From assembly GCA_036172245.1 (NCBI GenBank), contig JAYWIR010000016.1, forward strand, positions 3,286,001-3,350,000: a DNA stretch of 64,000 nt, in the 5' to 3' direction. Both the position numbers and the translations under genes were made by a program. The stretch comes from Raillietiella orientalis (lineage: Eukaryota). Shown one piece after another: positions 1-11,900 of the stretch. Positions within the stretch are counted from its first letter, which is position 1. Each line of letters opens with the position of its first letter. The notes beneath the pieces were generated by a model, which saw only the letters and a program-made list of their open reading frames with translations, was not told where the DNA came from and ran no database searches.

Positions 1-2784
1 CTTTCCCTATGCCCCATTCCGGGAGCAGGAGCAAAGAGAGGAGGAGTGACCCCCTCTAGAGGGCGGAAAAACTCCCGGTTGCCTCCCCTGAGGACCTTCG
101 CCTCATTCCTTGTGCTCGGGCACAAACGGTACTAGCGGGGAGGGCCAAGGAGTGGGGTGGGAAACGGGCCGTCTCCTCCCAGCCCCTTTCTTCTCCCCTA
201 TTCACGGTTCCTCCTTCCTGGAAGCTCTCCCGGGCTCTCCCTTGGCGTGCGGCTTGCATGCCCACCCGCCAAAGCCACGAAGAGGGGGAAGGGCAAACAG
301 AAAGGGAGCGGAAGAGAGTGAATCCCTTCCTCCCGATAGAGCCATCTGGCGTCCCAAGCGTCCGCTTCCTTCATCTCAGACTCCGTGGACTCCCATCGGG
401 ACATCCGGGAGTCTGGAATGAACGAGCTCCCTCTCTGCAGCGCTTCGCTGCAGGTGGCTCCGAGAGGGAGCTCACGAGGGCAGCCGGGCATCGGCTTCCC
501 CAGCAACCCTTTGCAGGGCGTGCATCCTGGACGGATGGGGGTCTCTGGGTCAGGGGTGGCGTGGGTTCGCGCAAAGAGCACTGTGTGGTTTCGCGAAGTG
601 TAGGGAAACGGTGGGGTGTTTTTTTTTCGGGATAGGACGTATGCTTCACCCTTATCCTTTCGGGGCCGCAGCGCCGTCCTTGGAGGAAGAGGGAGGAGGA
701 GGGACGCCCCTCTAGGGTAAAGGCAGTTCTCCCTCCTCTTCCGATCTTTGGCAAAGGTGCCTGCCTCGCCTACCGTCCTTCCCCTTTTCTTCCCGTTCAT
801 CCCCCGTGTCCCTCACGATTTTGGAGGAGGAGGAAGAGGTCGTTTCCCCTCTCTTCCCCACAGACATCGAGATGCTTCCGGGTTCCTTCGAGAAGAGCTT
901 CAGGAGAAACGTCTGGGGAGACAGCTCTCTCCCACAGTTGCGCTCGCCTGCTGAAGGAGAAAGAGGGGGGAGACACAGTCGACCCTCCTCTGGGGCCGTC
1001 CGGGGTTGCATGCGCGGCTTCTCCTATGAAGAGTCTACTGTTGCATGCCGACATGCAGCTCATGTGCATACGCCCACGTCCCGGAGGGTACGCCGGATGC
1101 TCCCCCTCCCCCGTTGACTGCACGACCGATGTGACGTCAGAAGGGAGGGGGTGGGTAGGGAATCGAAGGCTCGTCTGCAAGGGGGGTCCCCTCCTCTACG
1201 GATCCATGTGACGGCGCCAAAAAAAAATTCTTTCGGGACTCCGCCCTCTGATACTGATCACGCCAAACCTTCCCCACCCCCTCCTCGACCTTTCCTCCCT
1301 TCGGAGGGTTGAGACAGGATGGGGCCTCCGTCCGGAATCATATCGAGCGTGGGCGCCCAGAGTCCCTGTTTCCCCTGCTCGCTCCGCTGCGCCACTTTCC
1401 CTGCATCCCCGTCCCAGTGACGCTGCTAGTCAGTGTTTGGCGTCACTCGAGCTTTCAGAGAAAGGTCAGGTCAGCGCATCTTCCAGGATGTGCAAGGGTT
1501 AGGGGATTCCGGGACGTCGGCAGCCCCCCCCCCCCCGGCGGTCTCAGTCCGGGCATGCTCTTCGCGGGATCGGGGCTGTCCTCTGCACGTCCTTCGCTGC
1601 CCCTCCGGATGTCCCTGTCGCCTTTCCGTACCCGGGATACCCTCGGGTTCCTGGGGTGGTCCGAAGTTCTCGACTTCCCGGGGGAGCTAATATTTCTTTC
1701 CCGAAGGGTCTTCTTGGACGAGGCTTGCCCATTCCGTGGGAATAGGCTGTCAGGAGAAGGCCCCGGGTTCGTCCATCCCGGAAGGAGGGAAGAAGCGGGA
1801 CCGCCCGCGGACTAGGGGGCCTTCGGGAGCTCGGCTCTGGCCGTTGTTTAGGGGAGAACGGGGGCTGCGCTTCCTGTTTGGCGCCGTCCCCTTCCCCCTG
1901 GTCTCTGGGCTTTAGACGGTGGCAGGCGAAGCTCCCAGGTCGGATGGCCGCCCCTGTCCAGGGCGCTCCCACTTGCTCGCCGCACTGCGGGCGCGCGCGC
2001 CCCATCTGGAGCTGCTCGACGACTCCCTCGCGCGTGCTCATGGCCATAGGCGCAGCACTGCCTCAGGGGCCTCTACCGCAGCAGAGGCGTCGGATACAGA
2101 CTCTCCTGACCCAGGGGGAGGAGGGAAAGGGTTGTTAGAGAGTGAGAGCTCCGAGAACTCCTGATCCGAGGAGGAAGGTAGAGGTCCAGGAGGCAGTCGC
2201 CCTTCTCCGACCCTGTCCCGCCTCTGGGGTGGTTTCGGGAGGGCAAGGAGGCGATCCGGACAAAAGTCCAGACCCTGACGGACTTTGGAAGCCCAGACCC
2301 GGGGCAGGAGCTCGCGGGGAAACTGGGACAGTGGTCCTCACGCTTCCGCGTGTGCTACCCTATGGTCCCTTCCGGAATCCGTTGAACTTACCCCCAATCT
2401 CATCCGTGGATTCCTGGTCGCGGACGGCAGGGAGAGAGAGGATGCGGACGGGTTTCCCCCCGCTCCGTCCGAGGGACTCTTGGGTTACCTCCGAGCAGGG
2501 GAAGGTAGGAATATATCCCCTGCGATGGCTGAAGGGTGGAGGGCAAGGAAGGGAAGTAGGGAAGACGCCGCGTTCCGCGCGGCTCGCGCGCACGTCGCGA
2601 CTGACCAACGCCCTATCCCCACCACCACGCCTTCTCTCTCGCTCCAGCATCTCCATACCAGCAACCAACCAGCAACTAGCAGCAGCAGCAGCAGCAGGTA
2701 GCATCCCCAGGGAGCGTCGATCCCATGCCAGGAACTGGACGCGAGACGACGGATCAGAGTGCATGCATTGCCCTGACGTGAAAG

Positions 2785-4736
2785 ATGGAGAAAGCGGTCC
2801 AGAATTCCTTCCTCGGGGGAGGTCAGTGCGCGCTCTCCCGAGAGGACTCCCTTGACTACGCTCACCGCGCTCGCGCCCCTCCCCCTAGCAGACGAACGAG
2901 TCCAGGGATGGCTGTTCATGGACTCCCCGCGTTCCACGCTGTACACTCTGGCAGCGTACCTGGCGTTCGTTTGGCTAGGGCCAAAGTTCATGAGGGACCG
3001 CAAGCCCCTGCAGTTGAAGAACGTCATGGTGGTGTACAACGCGTTCCAGGTGTGCCTGTCCTTCTACATGTTCCAGCAGGTGAGGGACCCGAAGACAAAA
3101 TCTTCCCCCTCCCCCCCCCCCGTCCCTCCGTCCCTCCTTCCCCTCTCGCTGCCGCGGATCCCTGTTGCTCCCAACCACCGCGCGGTGTCTCTCCTCCCAG
3201 TTCCTGCTGACGTCCTACCAGCTGAACTACAGCTATATCTGCCAGCCGATGGACCACTCCATGGACGAGAAGTCCATAAAAGTGAGTGTGGTGCGCGTGG
3301 GAAAGCGGAAGGTGGGGACGCAAGGGGAAGAGGAGAGTCTGGCGCGCACGCGCGCGCTTCGGCTGCAAAGCAACTCTGGGGTCCGGAGCTCTCACAGGCG
3401 CGAACACGTGGATCCTCTGGAGGGGTGTCACCGTCCCTCATCCCTCTCGACTCCCTTTCCCTTCCCAGGGATCTCCTCGGGCTCAACGCGCGGCTCAAGA
3501 CTCCCAAAGGAGAGGGGAAGAGGGAATTTCGACCTCCCTTCTTTCGCCGCCGCCTCCGACGCCTCCGGGCGTATCCCGGGGGCAGCTTCGGTAGCCGTTG
3601 CCGACGACGACTCCCGGAGGAGGCGACCTCCCACTTCGGGAAGCTAGTCGCTCCCTCCGCGCGGGCGTGCACGGGTTCGCCCCGCGAGGGTGGGCAAAAG
3701 GGGAGGCGCCAGGATTCCGTGTTTGTGAGGGAAGGGCAATGTGGAGGGGGAGGCAGAGGGAACCCCACTCACCGCTCTCCCTCCTTCCAGATGGCGCGAG
3801 CCGTCTGGCTGTTTTACTTCTCCAAGTTCATTGACCTCCTGGACACGGTGAGTAGGGGCGAGGGAGTGATCCCCTCTTGCCCCCCTCCTGACAGCCCGCG
3901 TCCCAAAGATCTTCATCGTGTTGCGGAAGAAGAACAATCAGATCAGCTTCCTGCACGTGTACCACCACGCCATCATGCTGTCCTTCTGGATAGCCGCCAA
4001 ATACGGCGCCGGGGGACACAGTAAGTGGGACGGCCTTCCCCCTCCCACTGATGCGAGGGAACATCTCCTGTCCACCCTTCCTCCTCTCCAGTATTCTTCA
4101 CCTGCATGCTCAACAGCCTGGTGCACACCGTCATGTACACCTACTACACCTTGGCCTCCCTGGGGCCGGTGCTCCAGCCCTACCTCTGGTGGAAGAAGTA
4201 CCTCACGCAGCTACAGCTGGTAGGTGGAGCTCTGGGAGGGGTCGTATGCTGGGGTGGCCTCTGCTGACGCCTTCCCTCTCTCTCCCTCCCTCAATTCCCC
4301 CTCATCTTCTCTTCCCCTCCCTCTCCAACAGATCCAGTTCATTGTCATCATGTCCCACATCGGGCTGGGATTCTACAAGAAATGCAAGTACCCCCACTTC
4401 CTGGGGTACTTCTCGCTGCTGAACCTGGTCACGTTCGTCGCCCTCTTCATCAACTTCTACACCAAGGCGTACTGGAGGAGGGGGAAGGCGGCCGCCGCCG
4501 CGGCCAAGGGCGGCGAACCGGTCGCCAACGGCTACCACGACAAGGGGCACCAGAACAGCTGCGCCAACGGAGTCGCCCCTGCCGCCTCCGTCAGGGAAAC
4601 TGCCGCCGAGCGCCGAGTCGTCAGAGGGAGCTACGATGCCGCCAACGGCTTCTCCCGGAAAGTAGACGCCAGCGGCTACGTCATCGCCAATGGGGCCTGC
4701 CTGAACCGGATGGCGCACCTGGCGCTGAGGAAGTGA
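2785..4736 (+). CDS. ELOVL: ELOVL-family (GNS1/SUR4) very-long-chain fatty acid elongase, 7 coding exons: 2785-2821, 2889(or 2892)-3079, 3201-3281, 3791-3847, 3909-4020, 4092-4219, 4332-4736; ~335-336 aa
   Basis: All introns are GT-AG and phases are consistent. The spliced protein carries the family motifs in order: [44 protein letters not shown] (HxxHH histidine box), [32 protein letters not shown]. Stop TGA at 4734-4736. The exact paralogue cannot be assigned without a phylogeny. Confidence 0.96.
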
Positions 4737-4767
4737 CGATCGCTGCGGCCGCAAGAGGAGGAGAAGA

Positions 4768-4773
4768 AATAAA
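4768..4773 (+). terminator. Candidate polyadenylation signal (AATAAA) of the elongase
   Basis: AATAAA ~30 nt after the stop codon, but it overlaps a genomic A-run and may be incidental. Confidence 0.3.
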
Positions 4774-7700
4774 AAAAAAAAAAAGAGAGAAGCAAAAGGT
4801 CGCCAAACGAGTTCCTAGCGTGATTTGCTGGGAAGCCAGGGAGGGGAGGGAGAGAGCACAAGACGGGGAGGTCGGAAATCTTTCCGAGAAGGGGAGGAGC
4901 AAGGGGATGGCAGGCTGGATCTCCGATGCTGCGAAGGTCGGAGCATCCTGCGGAGTGCGTCTTCACCTCCCTGCAACTCCGCCATTCAGTCTCCCTTCCC
5001 TCTGTATCGGCCCCTCGTCTCAGTTGTTTTCCTGCGTTTACCTGCTCCCCGCCGTCGCCATCTTGCTCGCACCGTATCCTGGTGATGTTTCCCTCCTCTT
5101 CCTCCTCCTTATCCTTTTCGCCTCATCCCTTCGTCTCCCGTCCTTATCATGCTCTTTTTTGCCGTCCGGAAGGATCCGAGCGCTGTGGGTCAACCAGGAC
5201 GTGAGGGAAGCTCTCAGGAAGGAGCAGCCCCTCCCTAAAGGGAGCATCCCAATTCCCGTCTTCCTCGTTGTCTGCACTTCCGTCTGATCCCCTATGAATC
5301 CTCGAGAAGGTGCCCCTCCGCTTGGAACTGCGTTCGCTTCCCGGGCACGGGAGGGGGCTTCTTGACCACACCAGGGCTGCTACCCCTCCTCCTGAAATTC
5401 CGGGTACCTGCTGATGTCTGTAGGCAAGCGGGACTCGGAGAATCCCGCAGCGGGGGCAGGGAAATGGTCTCCAAGACAAACCGTCGTCCGGGAGCTCCCT
5501 CTTTGATGGATGCTGGAAAGCATTCCCGACAGTTTTTTGAAACGGGAACGGGAAGAGGATGACATCCAGAGAACGGGTCCTGGAAGAAAGGCGTCAGGGA
5601 TCACTGGCGCTTCCACGGGGTTGGTGAAAAAAAGGGGAGGGAGCGGCGCCTGTCCCAGACGGTCCCACGGCAGCCTCTGTTGACGGACTCTCGGATCCCG
5701 TAGCGAGAAGGGCAGGAAAACTCCGGGACTCCAAGGCTCCCGGGAATCACAACCATCCTAGGATCTCGAAGGAGGCGTTTCACAGGACGAAGGATAGTTT
5801 TTCTCCTTCCTTCCTCCTCTGCTCCTGCCCTTGTTCGGGAGCAAGAAAGCATCCCGGAGCCGACCCTTTTATGATCTGTCTCTCCTTGCCCAATGGAGGA
5901 GGAGTGAGGGAAGGAGTCTTCAGGGACTCGTTCCTCCCGGATGTTCTACAAGAAGGAGTCTCGTGTGGCTTCCATCCCTCCGGGAGCAAGAAAGCACCCC
6001 GCAGCTGAGAGAAAGAAGGTGACAGGCGAGGAAGGAAAAGCAGGGCTCGGTGTGGGGTAGGATGGGGAGGGAGACTGTGTGTGGAGCGAGAGCCGCCGCG
6101 GGACCGCCCAAGGAGGAAAGCTGGAAAGTGGTGGGAATGCATTCGGTAGGACGCACCTGCAACGTCGGATCGCCTGCATGGATCGCAGGTGCCTCTGACT
6201 CGAGCGCTCGGGGAGAGGATCGAGCGTCCTGGGAACTCCTACGTTCGGCCCGAGGTCACCGGGAACGCTTCGGAGAGCAGAGACGCGGAGAGGTCGGTCC
6301 CGCTCAGGACAGCGTCACGAGACCCGGAACGTCACGGTCTCCATCGAAAGGCATCCGGGAGAGAGAACGTCCCAGTAGGGCACCCTCCCTTCTGTCCCTG
6401 TACCTCTGAGGTCGCCTGTCGCCACACTCCATGGGCGGCGGAATCCTCAAGCGAGAACACACCACCCTGGAGGGCGCCAAATGCTCTGGCGGCTCCTTGC
6501 CGGAGCGCCGCTGCCAGAGGTGACATTAAGGTCAAGATGAGAAACCGAAGGTGCAAAAAGGAAGGGGAAAAGGAGAAGGATTTCCTCGTGCGCGTCCCTT
6601 CTGAGCTGACCCTCATGTGGGGCGTGCCCACCACGTGGTGTGCCCATTTTGTGGGCCACCGCTCCATCCCTCCGCTAGAGCGGGCAAGGAGTGGGGCGGT
6701 GGGGGAAGGGGAGGGAGGTTGGCGCTTTCAGTCCTCAAGGAGAAAGCACCGTTCTCTCCTCCGGGATGGACTCTGGGATATCTCGAACGTCAAGCGTTTC
6801 GACTCCCTTCCCCTGCCTTGTTCCCACGTCCCACTCTTTGCCGCTTCTCGAACGATAGTAAACGGAGAACGCCAGTACAGCTCGGAGCGTTCTCAGCGAG
6901 CTGGGGTGCGGGTCCGGGAACTCAAAGGGAGGAAACCAGGAGGTCCAGGCTGCACGGAGGCAGACTTTGGGGGAGGGAGGGAAGCCGGGAACATTTATCG
7001 CATCCTCGGGCCTAGGGACAATTGAGCATCGGAAAGGAGGAATCCTCAAGATCGCAGCGGTTTCCGTCCTGTATGAACGAGCACGCGGACAGCCCTCGAT
7101 GCGTAGGGGCCGGAGGATGGCGGTGACCCCGCCCCGTCCCGCCTCAGCCCCCTCCAAACGAGCAGGGAGGCAGAGACGGCGGCGCTTCGCGGAAGCGCGT
7201 GCGCCGCGCCATCTCCCCAAAGTCACGTGCACTACTCGCTCCCCCCCCCGGCGCGAAAGTTTAGGTGGTGGGGGTGAAGGGAGGAGGAGGTAATGCTGGC
7301 ACGGCGCAAATTTCCGTCGCGACCGGCAAGTTGGTTTTTTTCCCATTACGATTCCAGAAGGGGGTGAAGGAAAGGGTTGATGTGTTCCTCCTCTCCGTGC
7401 CTTGGGAGACAAGGGAGGAAGGCCGGAAAACCCAGGAATCGGGCAGGAAAACCCGACCCCAGCCCGCAGTCAGTGGGTTCACTCCCGAGAGAGCACAGCG
7501 AAGGCACTGCGCAGGTGGTGAATACGTGGGGGGATGCGCAGCGACACCTTCGAGGACGGAATCAGGGAAGGAGGGGAGGAAGAGGATCTTGAGGGAGCGA
7601 AATGGGGGTAGGGGAATCGGATTCCACCCTCATGCTCCTGAAGGAAAGCTGGGGAGTGGGGCCTCCGACGACCGAGGTCCAGCGAGACCTTCCACTCTTC

Positions 7701-8594
7701 CTGACCCTTCACAGATGGATCGACTTCAAGAGCCACGCGGAAGCGTCAGTCCCTCCTCCCAACGGGCCCCCATCAGGACCTCTCCGGAATCTTCGCGGCG
7801 CGTTCTCTTCCATTCTCCTGCACCCCTTCCCCCCTTTTCGTGCATGCGAGGGAGGCGCAGGCCTTAGCAGCCGGACCTTTTCCAGATGCTGTCTTTGGCT
7901 TGCTCGGGGAAGGGGTTGGGGTGTTCGCCCCCGCCAGTGCTGCTGCACTCCTCGCGTCCGGAGGCGGCGGCGGCGGCGGCGTTGCTGGCAGCTCGCGGGA
8001 TCGCGCGAGAGGACCTCGCCATCCTTCCGTCGCGCGTTGACTCCCGGGGAAAGCGCCCCGGGGGACCTTGAGGCCGTCACTCCGTCTCTCGGCACCGTCT
8101 CCACCTACTCCTCCTTGTCGGCCGCTCTTCGCGCGGCAGCGACCTTCCCGCGCTTTCGCGCCCCGCGTCGGTCGCTGAGCCCACGCCCTCGCTCGGCGGT
8201 GGCGGCGGCTGCGCTCCCAACCTCACGGCGGCATCCGCCAGGCCGTCTGCGAGTCCTTGGCGCGCACGCGCGGAGCGAGAGGAAACCGGGAAATCCCGAC
8301 GAAAGTGCGTGCGCCCGGGCCATGGCCTTCCTTCCTTCTCTCCCTCCGTTCCTCCCCTTCCTCTCTCTCCCCCCTTCTCTCTCTCTCCCTTCACTCCCGG
8401 GCTAGAAAGAAGAGTCCTTCGTAGGGAGACCCTGGGATGCTTTTTGGGGGGAAGGGAGGGAGGGGGAGTGTGTGCTTCCGCTGCCGCCGCCGCGCTCTCG
8501 CGCGGAACTGCGACGTTCGGCCGGGCCTTTCCAAGGCGTCACGCGCGGACCGCCATCAGGAATTCGGGAGCCGCCTGGACGCTTCTGCGGCGAC

Positions 8595-8704
8595 AAGGAG
8601 AAAGAAAGAAAGAAAGAAGAAGAAGAAGAAGAAGAGGGGGAGGAGGAGGAGGAGGGAAGAAGAAGAAGAAGAAGAAGAAGAAGAAGAAGAAAAAAAAAAA
8701 AGGA
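8595..8704 (+). repeat. 110-nt pure purine tract: (GAAA)n-(GAA)n-(GGA)n-(GAA)n-A-run
   Basis: Directly visible; a (GCG)~10 tract follows at 8892-8920. Confidence 0.95.
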
Positions 8705-8891
8705 CGCTCGTGCGCACTCTACGGCGGCCACCGCGCCAGGAAAGTGCCGGACAGCGCACAGGCTTTTAGGTCGAAGTGAAAGGGACCGGCGGCGGGCGTG
8801 TCTGGCGCGCCCGGCGAGAAAGCGGCGACGAATTTCACGTCTAGGCGCCTCTTCCACGGGACCGCGAGGGGAGGGAGAGAAGCAGCGGAAA

Positions 8892-8924
<33 letters not shown>

Positions 8925-11900
8925 TGACGCGCGTGCACCCGGGCCGATCGATCGATCCGATCGCCCGAAGCGTCGGAATCAGATCGGGAGATGGCGGAGA
9001 GCGCGTGGCCTCCGCGCGGATGAACCGTGAAAGGATGGTCGGAGAGCCCCCGCTTCTTCGCATCCGGGGCACCGGGAAGAACTCTGGGGAGGGGCGTCGG
9101 CGGCCGGGAACGGACACCCTCTTCCCTCAGGTGGGGGAGTCGCGCGACGGGCTCATTCTCTCCCCTCCCTCCCCGCTTCCCCTCGGACTGGTTCCCGCGC
9201 GAGGAGGCCATCGGGAGGAGTGTAGAAGGGGAGGACCCAGCACGCAGAAGGATAGGAGGCTGGGATCCCCCCCCATTCCCTCCCTCCCCCCCCCCCCCAC
9301 GCTCCGTATCCACTACGCGCCCACTTTCGTTCCACGCCCTAGCGTGGTCCCGTGGAGCAGCACTCTTTCGCCCGCGCCTACCCTCACCCGCAGGCCTTTC
9401 ATGCATGCAAGCAAAAGCCTCTTGGGGTCGTAACCCACTGCCTCCTCCCCTTCGGCATCCCTGCTTACAGTGTAAGGTTGCTTCCTGGGGGCATCCCTTG
9501 AAGCTCCCAGAAGCCGCGGAAATGGCTCGAGTGGCTCCCCAGCCTCCCCGGCCGCTGCCCCACCCAAGGAAGAGGTCAACCGCCCGCAGAAGCGGGACGA
9601 GTCGGGGATTTCCTCCCCCCCCCCTCCCCTTTGTCTCTCCGTGGGCAGGGAACTCTGGGGAGCGAGGACGGCGGACTACAGTCCAGAAGCTGCGGTGGCT
9701 GACCCTCGACCCACTTCCAGGCTCACTAGGGACGAACCCTGCAGACGGACGAGTCGCCTCGCCGTGCCCAGAGGCTGCGGTTGCCACGAGGACCGTGGAA
9801 GACCTCGTGCCGGTCCCTCGCCTACTCGAAACCCCAGCGTGGCTCTCGCTCTCCCGGGGCAAGGAACCTCGCGAGGGCAGCGTAGGAGGGAGCTCCCTGA
9901 TTCCCCCCATTCCCCCAGCTGGGAGAAGGGGAACAGGGAAAGGCGTTGAAAGCGCGCGCTGTCCCTCGTTCTGGAAGCCTCGGGTGGGCCTCTTCTCCCC
10001 CCCCCCCCCCTTCTCGCGGATTGCCGGCTGGCCTCGCTCTTGGCAAAGCGCCTCTTCCGAAAGAAAGGGGGGGCGAGGGGGGGATCAAAAACCCACGTGG
10101 ACAGGCTCAGCGTTTTCCTCCCCCTCTCCCTCTCTCCTTCCTCTCTCCGAGAGAGCGTCTTCTGCTTGGCGCAGTCCCCATCCCATCCAGGAAGACGGGA
10201 AGAGTCTCCTCGGCTGCCACAGGTCCACAGGAAAAATCCCCTCAGTTTCTCCTCTCCCTCCATTTCCGTCTCTTCCCCTTCTCGATCTCCCGACGGGGCT
10301 CGACGGCCATTTTGGCACCTTCTGCGCACCCTCCATCCCGTGGGACTTGCGCGCTCCCGGGATAGCCTAGTCAGTGGAGGAGGATGAGAGACTAGGGAGT
10401 CGGGCGCAGCTTGCACGGTTCTCGCGACCACGGAGAGCGGGACTGGGGGAGGAGGGCTGGAGCGTGTCCCTACGGAGGCAGAGAGGATCCAAGATCCTAC
10501 TCTGCGGCTAGAGTCCCTGAAGGGGATCGGGGACGCAGGGTAAGGAGAGGAGGGAATGGAGCTTCTAGGGCTCGGTGCCCTTGGCAACGGAGAACCCTTT
10601 CCCGGGGGCAGCGTCACGGGTTGCGGCTTCACGGCCACTCGACCTCTGCGAGACGGAAATCGGATAACTCATGCCGGCGCCACGCGCTGGTGGAAGTACA
10701 GGGAATTCCCCATGGCAAGGAGGTCAGTGCGCCCACGGGGAGGAAAAAAAGGATGTTCGACGCTCGCTCACGGGGCAAACGGGCGAAAGAAAAAGAGCGG
10801 GAAAAGAGGAGACCTGTGCGGAAGGAGCGAAGGTCGAGGTCGAGGAGGCGGCCTGGAGGGTGGGGTGGGGGGGTGGGGGGGGGTTTCGGGCTCGGCGAGC
10901 TTGCGATGCCCCTGCCAAGGGCCAGTCTCTCCTTCCGGACCCGAGGCGGCGCCGACCTGCTGCGCTAGTCCACGCCGGAGGCAGCACGCGGCTGGGAGGG
11001 GGAGGGGCGGAGACAGAGAGGGGTACAGGCTGCCCGCGTCGACGTCCTAGGGAACATGAAGAGGGAGGAGATGGCTCTCTCACTCTCGCCGGGGGCAATC
11101 GGCGCAATCGAGCCGCGGCAGCGGGGGTGGCAAAGGTGGGCGCGACGAACCTCACATGCCATTCTCCGTCGGATGAGAGGGGGGGAAGGGGGTGGGGGTG
11201 GGGAGTGGAGGCGGTACGAATCTTCCCGCGCGCCTTCCGCCACCATCCTTCCCGTCGGTTCGCTTCTAGCGCCGCCGGCCGCGCCGTCGTCGCTGATACC
11301 CCGCCGCACCTGCTGGAGTCCCGCGGCGCTTTCGCCACTTCGACCTTGGAGTCTGGGCTTTCGCCGTCGTCCCGCTGCCGCCGATGCCTCGTCCTCGCTC
11401 CCAGTGACGTCACGAGTGCCTCGCCCAGCCGGCCGCTCCGTCAAGGGTCGCTGCGGAGGACGCGCTTTCGCGTGCCCCTTGGGTGCGGCGGCGGCCGTAG
11501 CAGCAGCAGCAGCACAGGGACCCGGAAAGTTCCTCCGCAAGATTTCCGAGCCGCGGTAGCGCCGCCAACCCTCCCCTCTCCTCCTCCTCTCTCGCCTGGC
11601 CCCCGGGGTGCGCTGAGACGCCGCCCGCTCTACTCGCGTGCGCCAGTCGACGGCTGCTCGCTCGCCCTCTCCCTCGGAAGGCGCGGCTCTCGGAGAGAAG
11701 AAGGGAGGAGGAGGAGGAGGTGGCGTGTGGTTGTTCAGGAACGATCCGAGGAGGCGGAGATCGACGTCTCCTAGCGACCGCCCAAGGCAAGCTGGGCTGC
11801 ACGGCTGCGGCACCCGAGAGCTCCGCGGCGGTCGACTCTGCAGTCTGCAAAACCGTGCGAGGCGCGAAGGGGAGAGGAGGGGGCGGTCGTCTCCTCGGTG

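Noticed and set aside
2852..4024. 390-aa ORF taken as a single-exon elongase
   Set aside because: It reads through introns; the spliced 7-exon model restores all family motifs.
5290..5620. Possible LINE endonuclease remnant on - (TTVCLGD…VVKKPP)
   Set aside because: Only two weak words, insufficient without a profile search.
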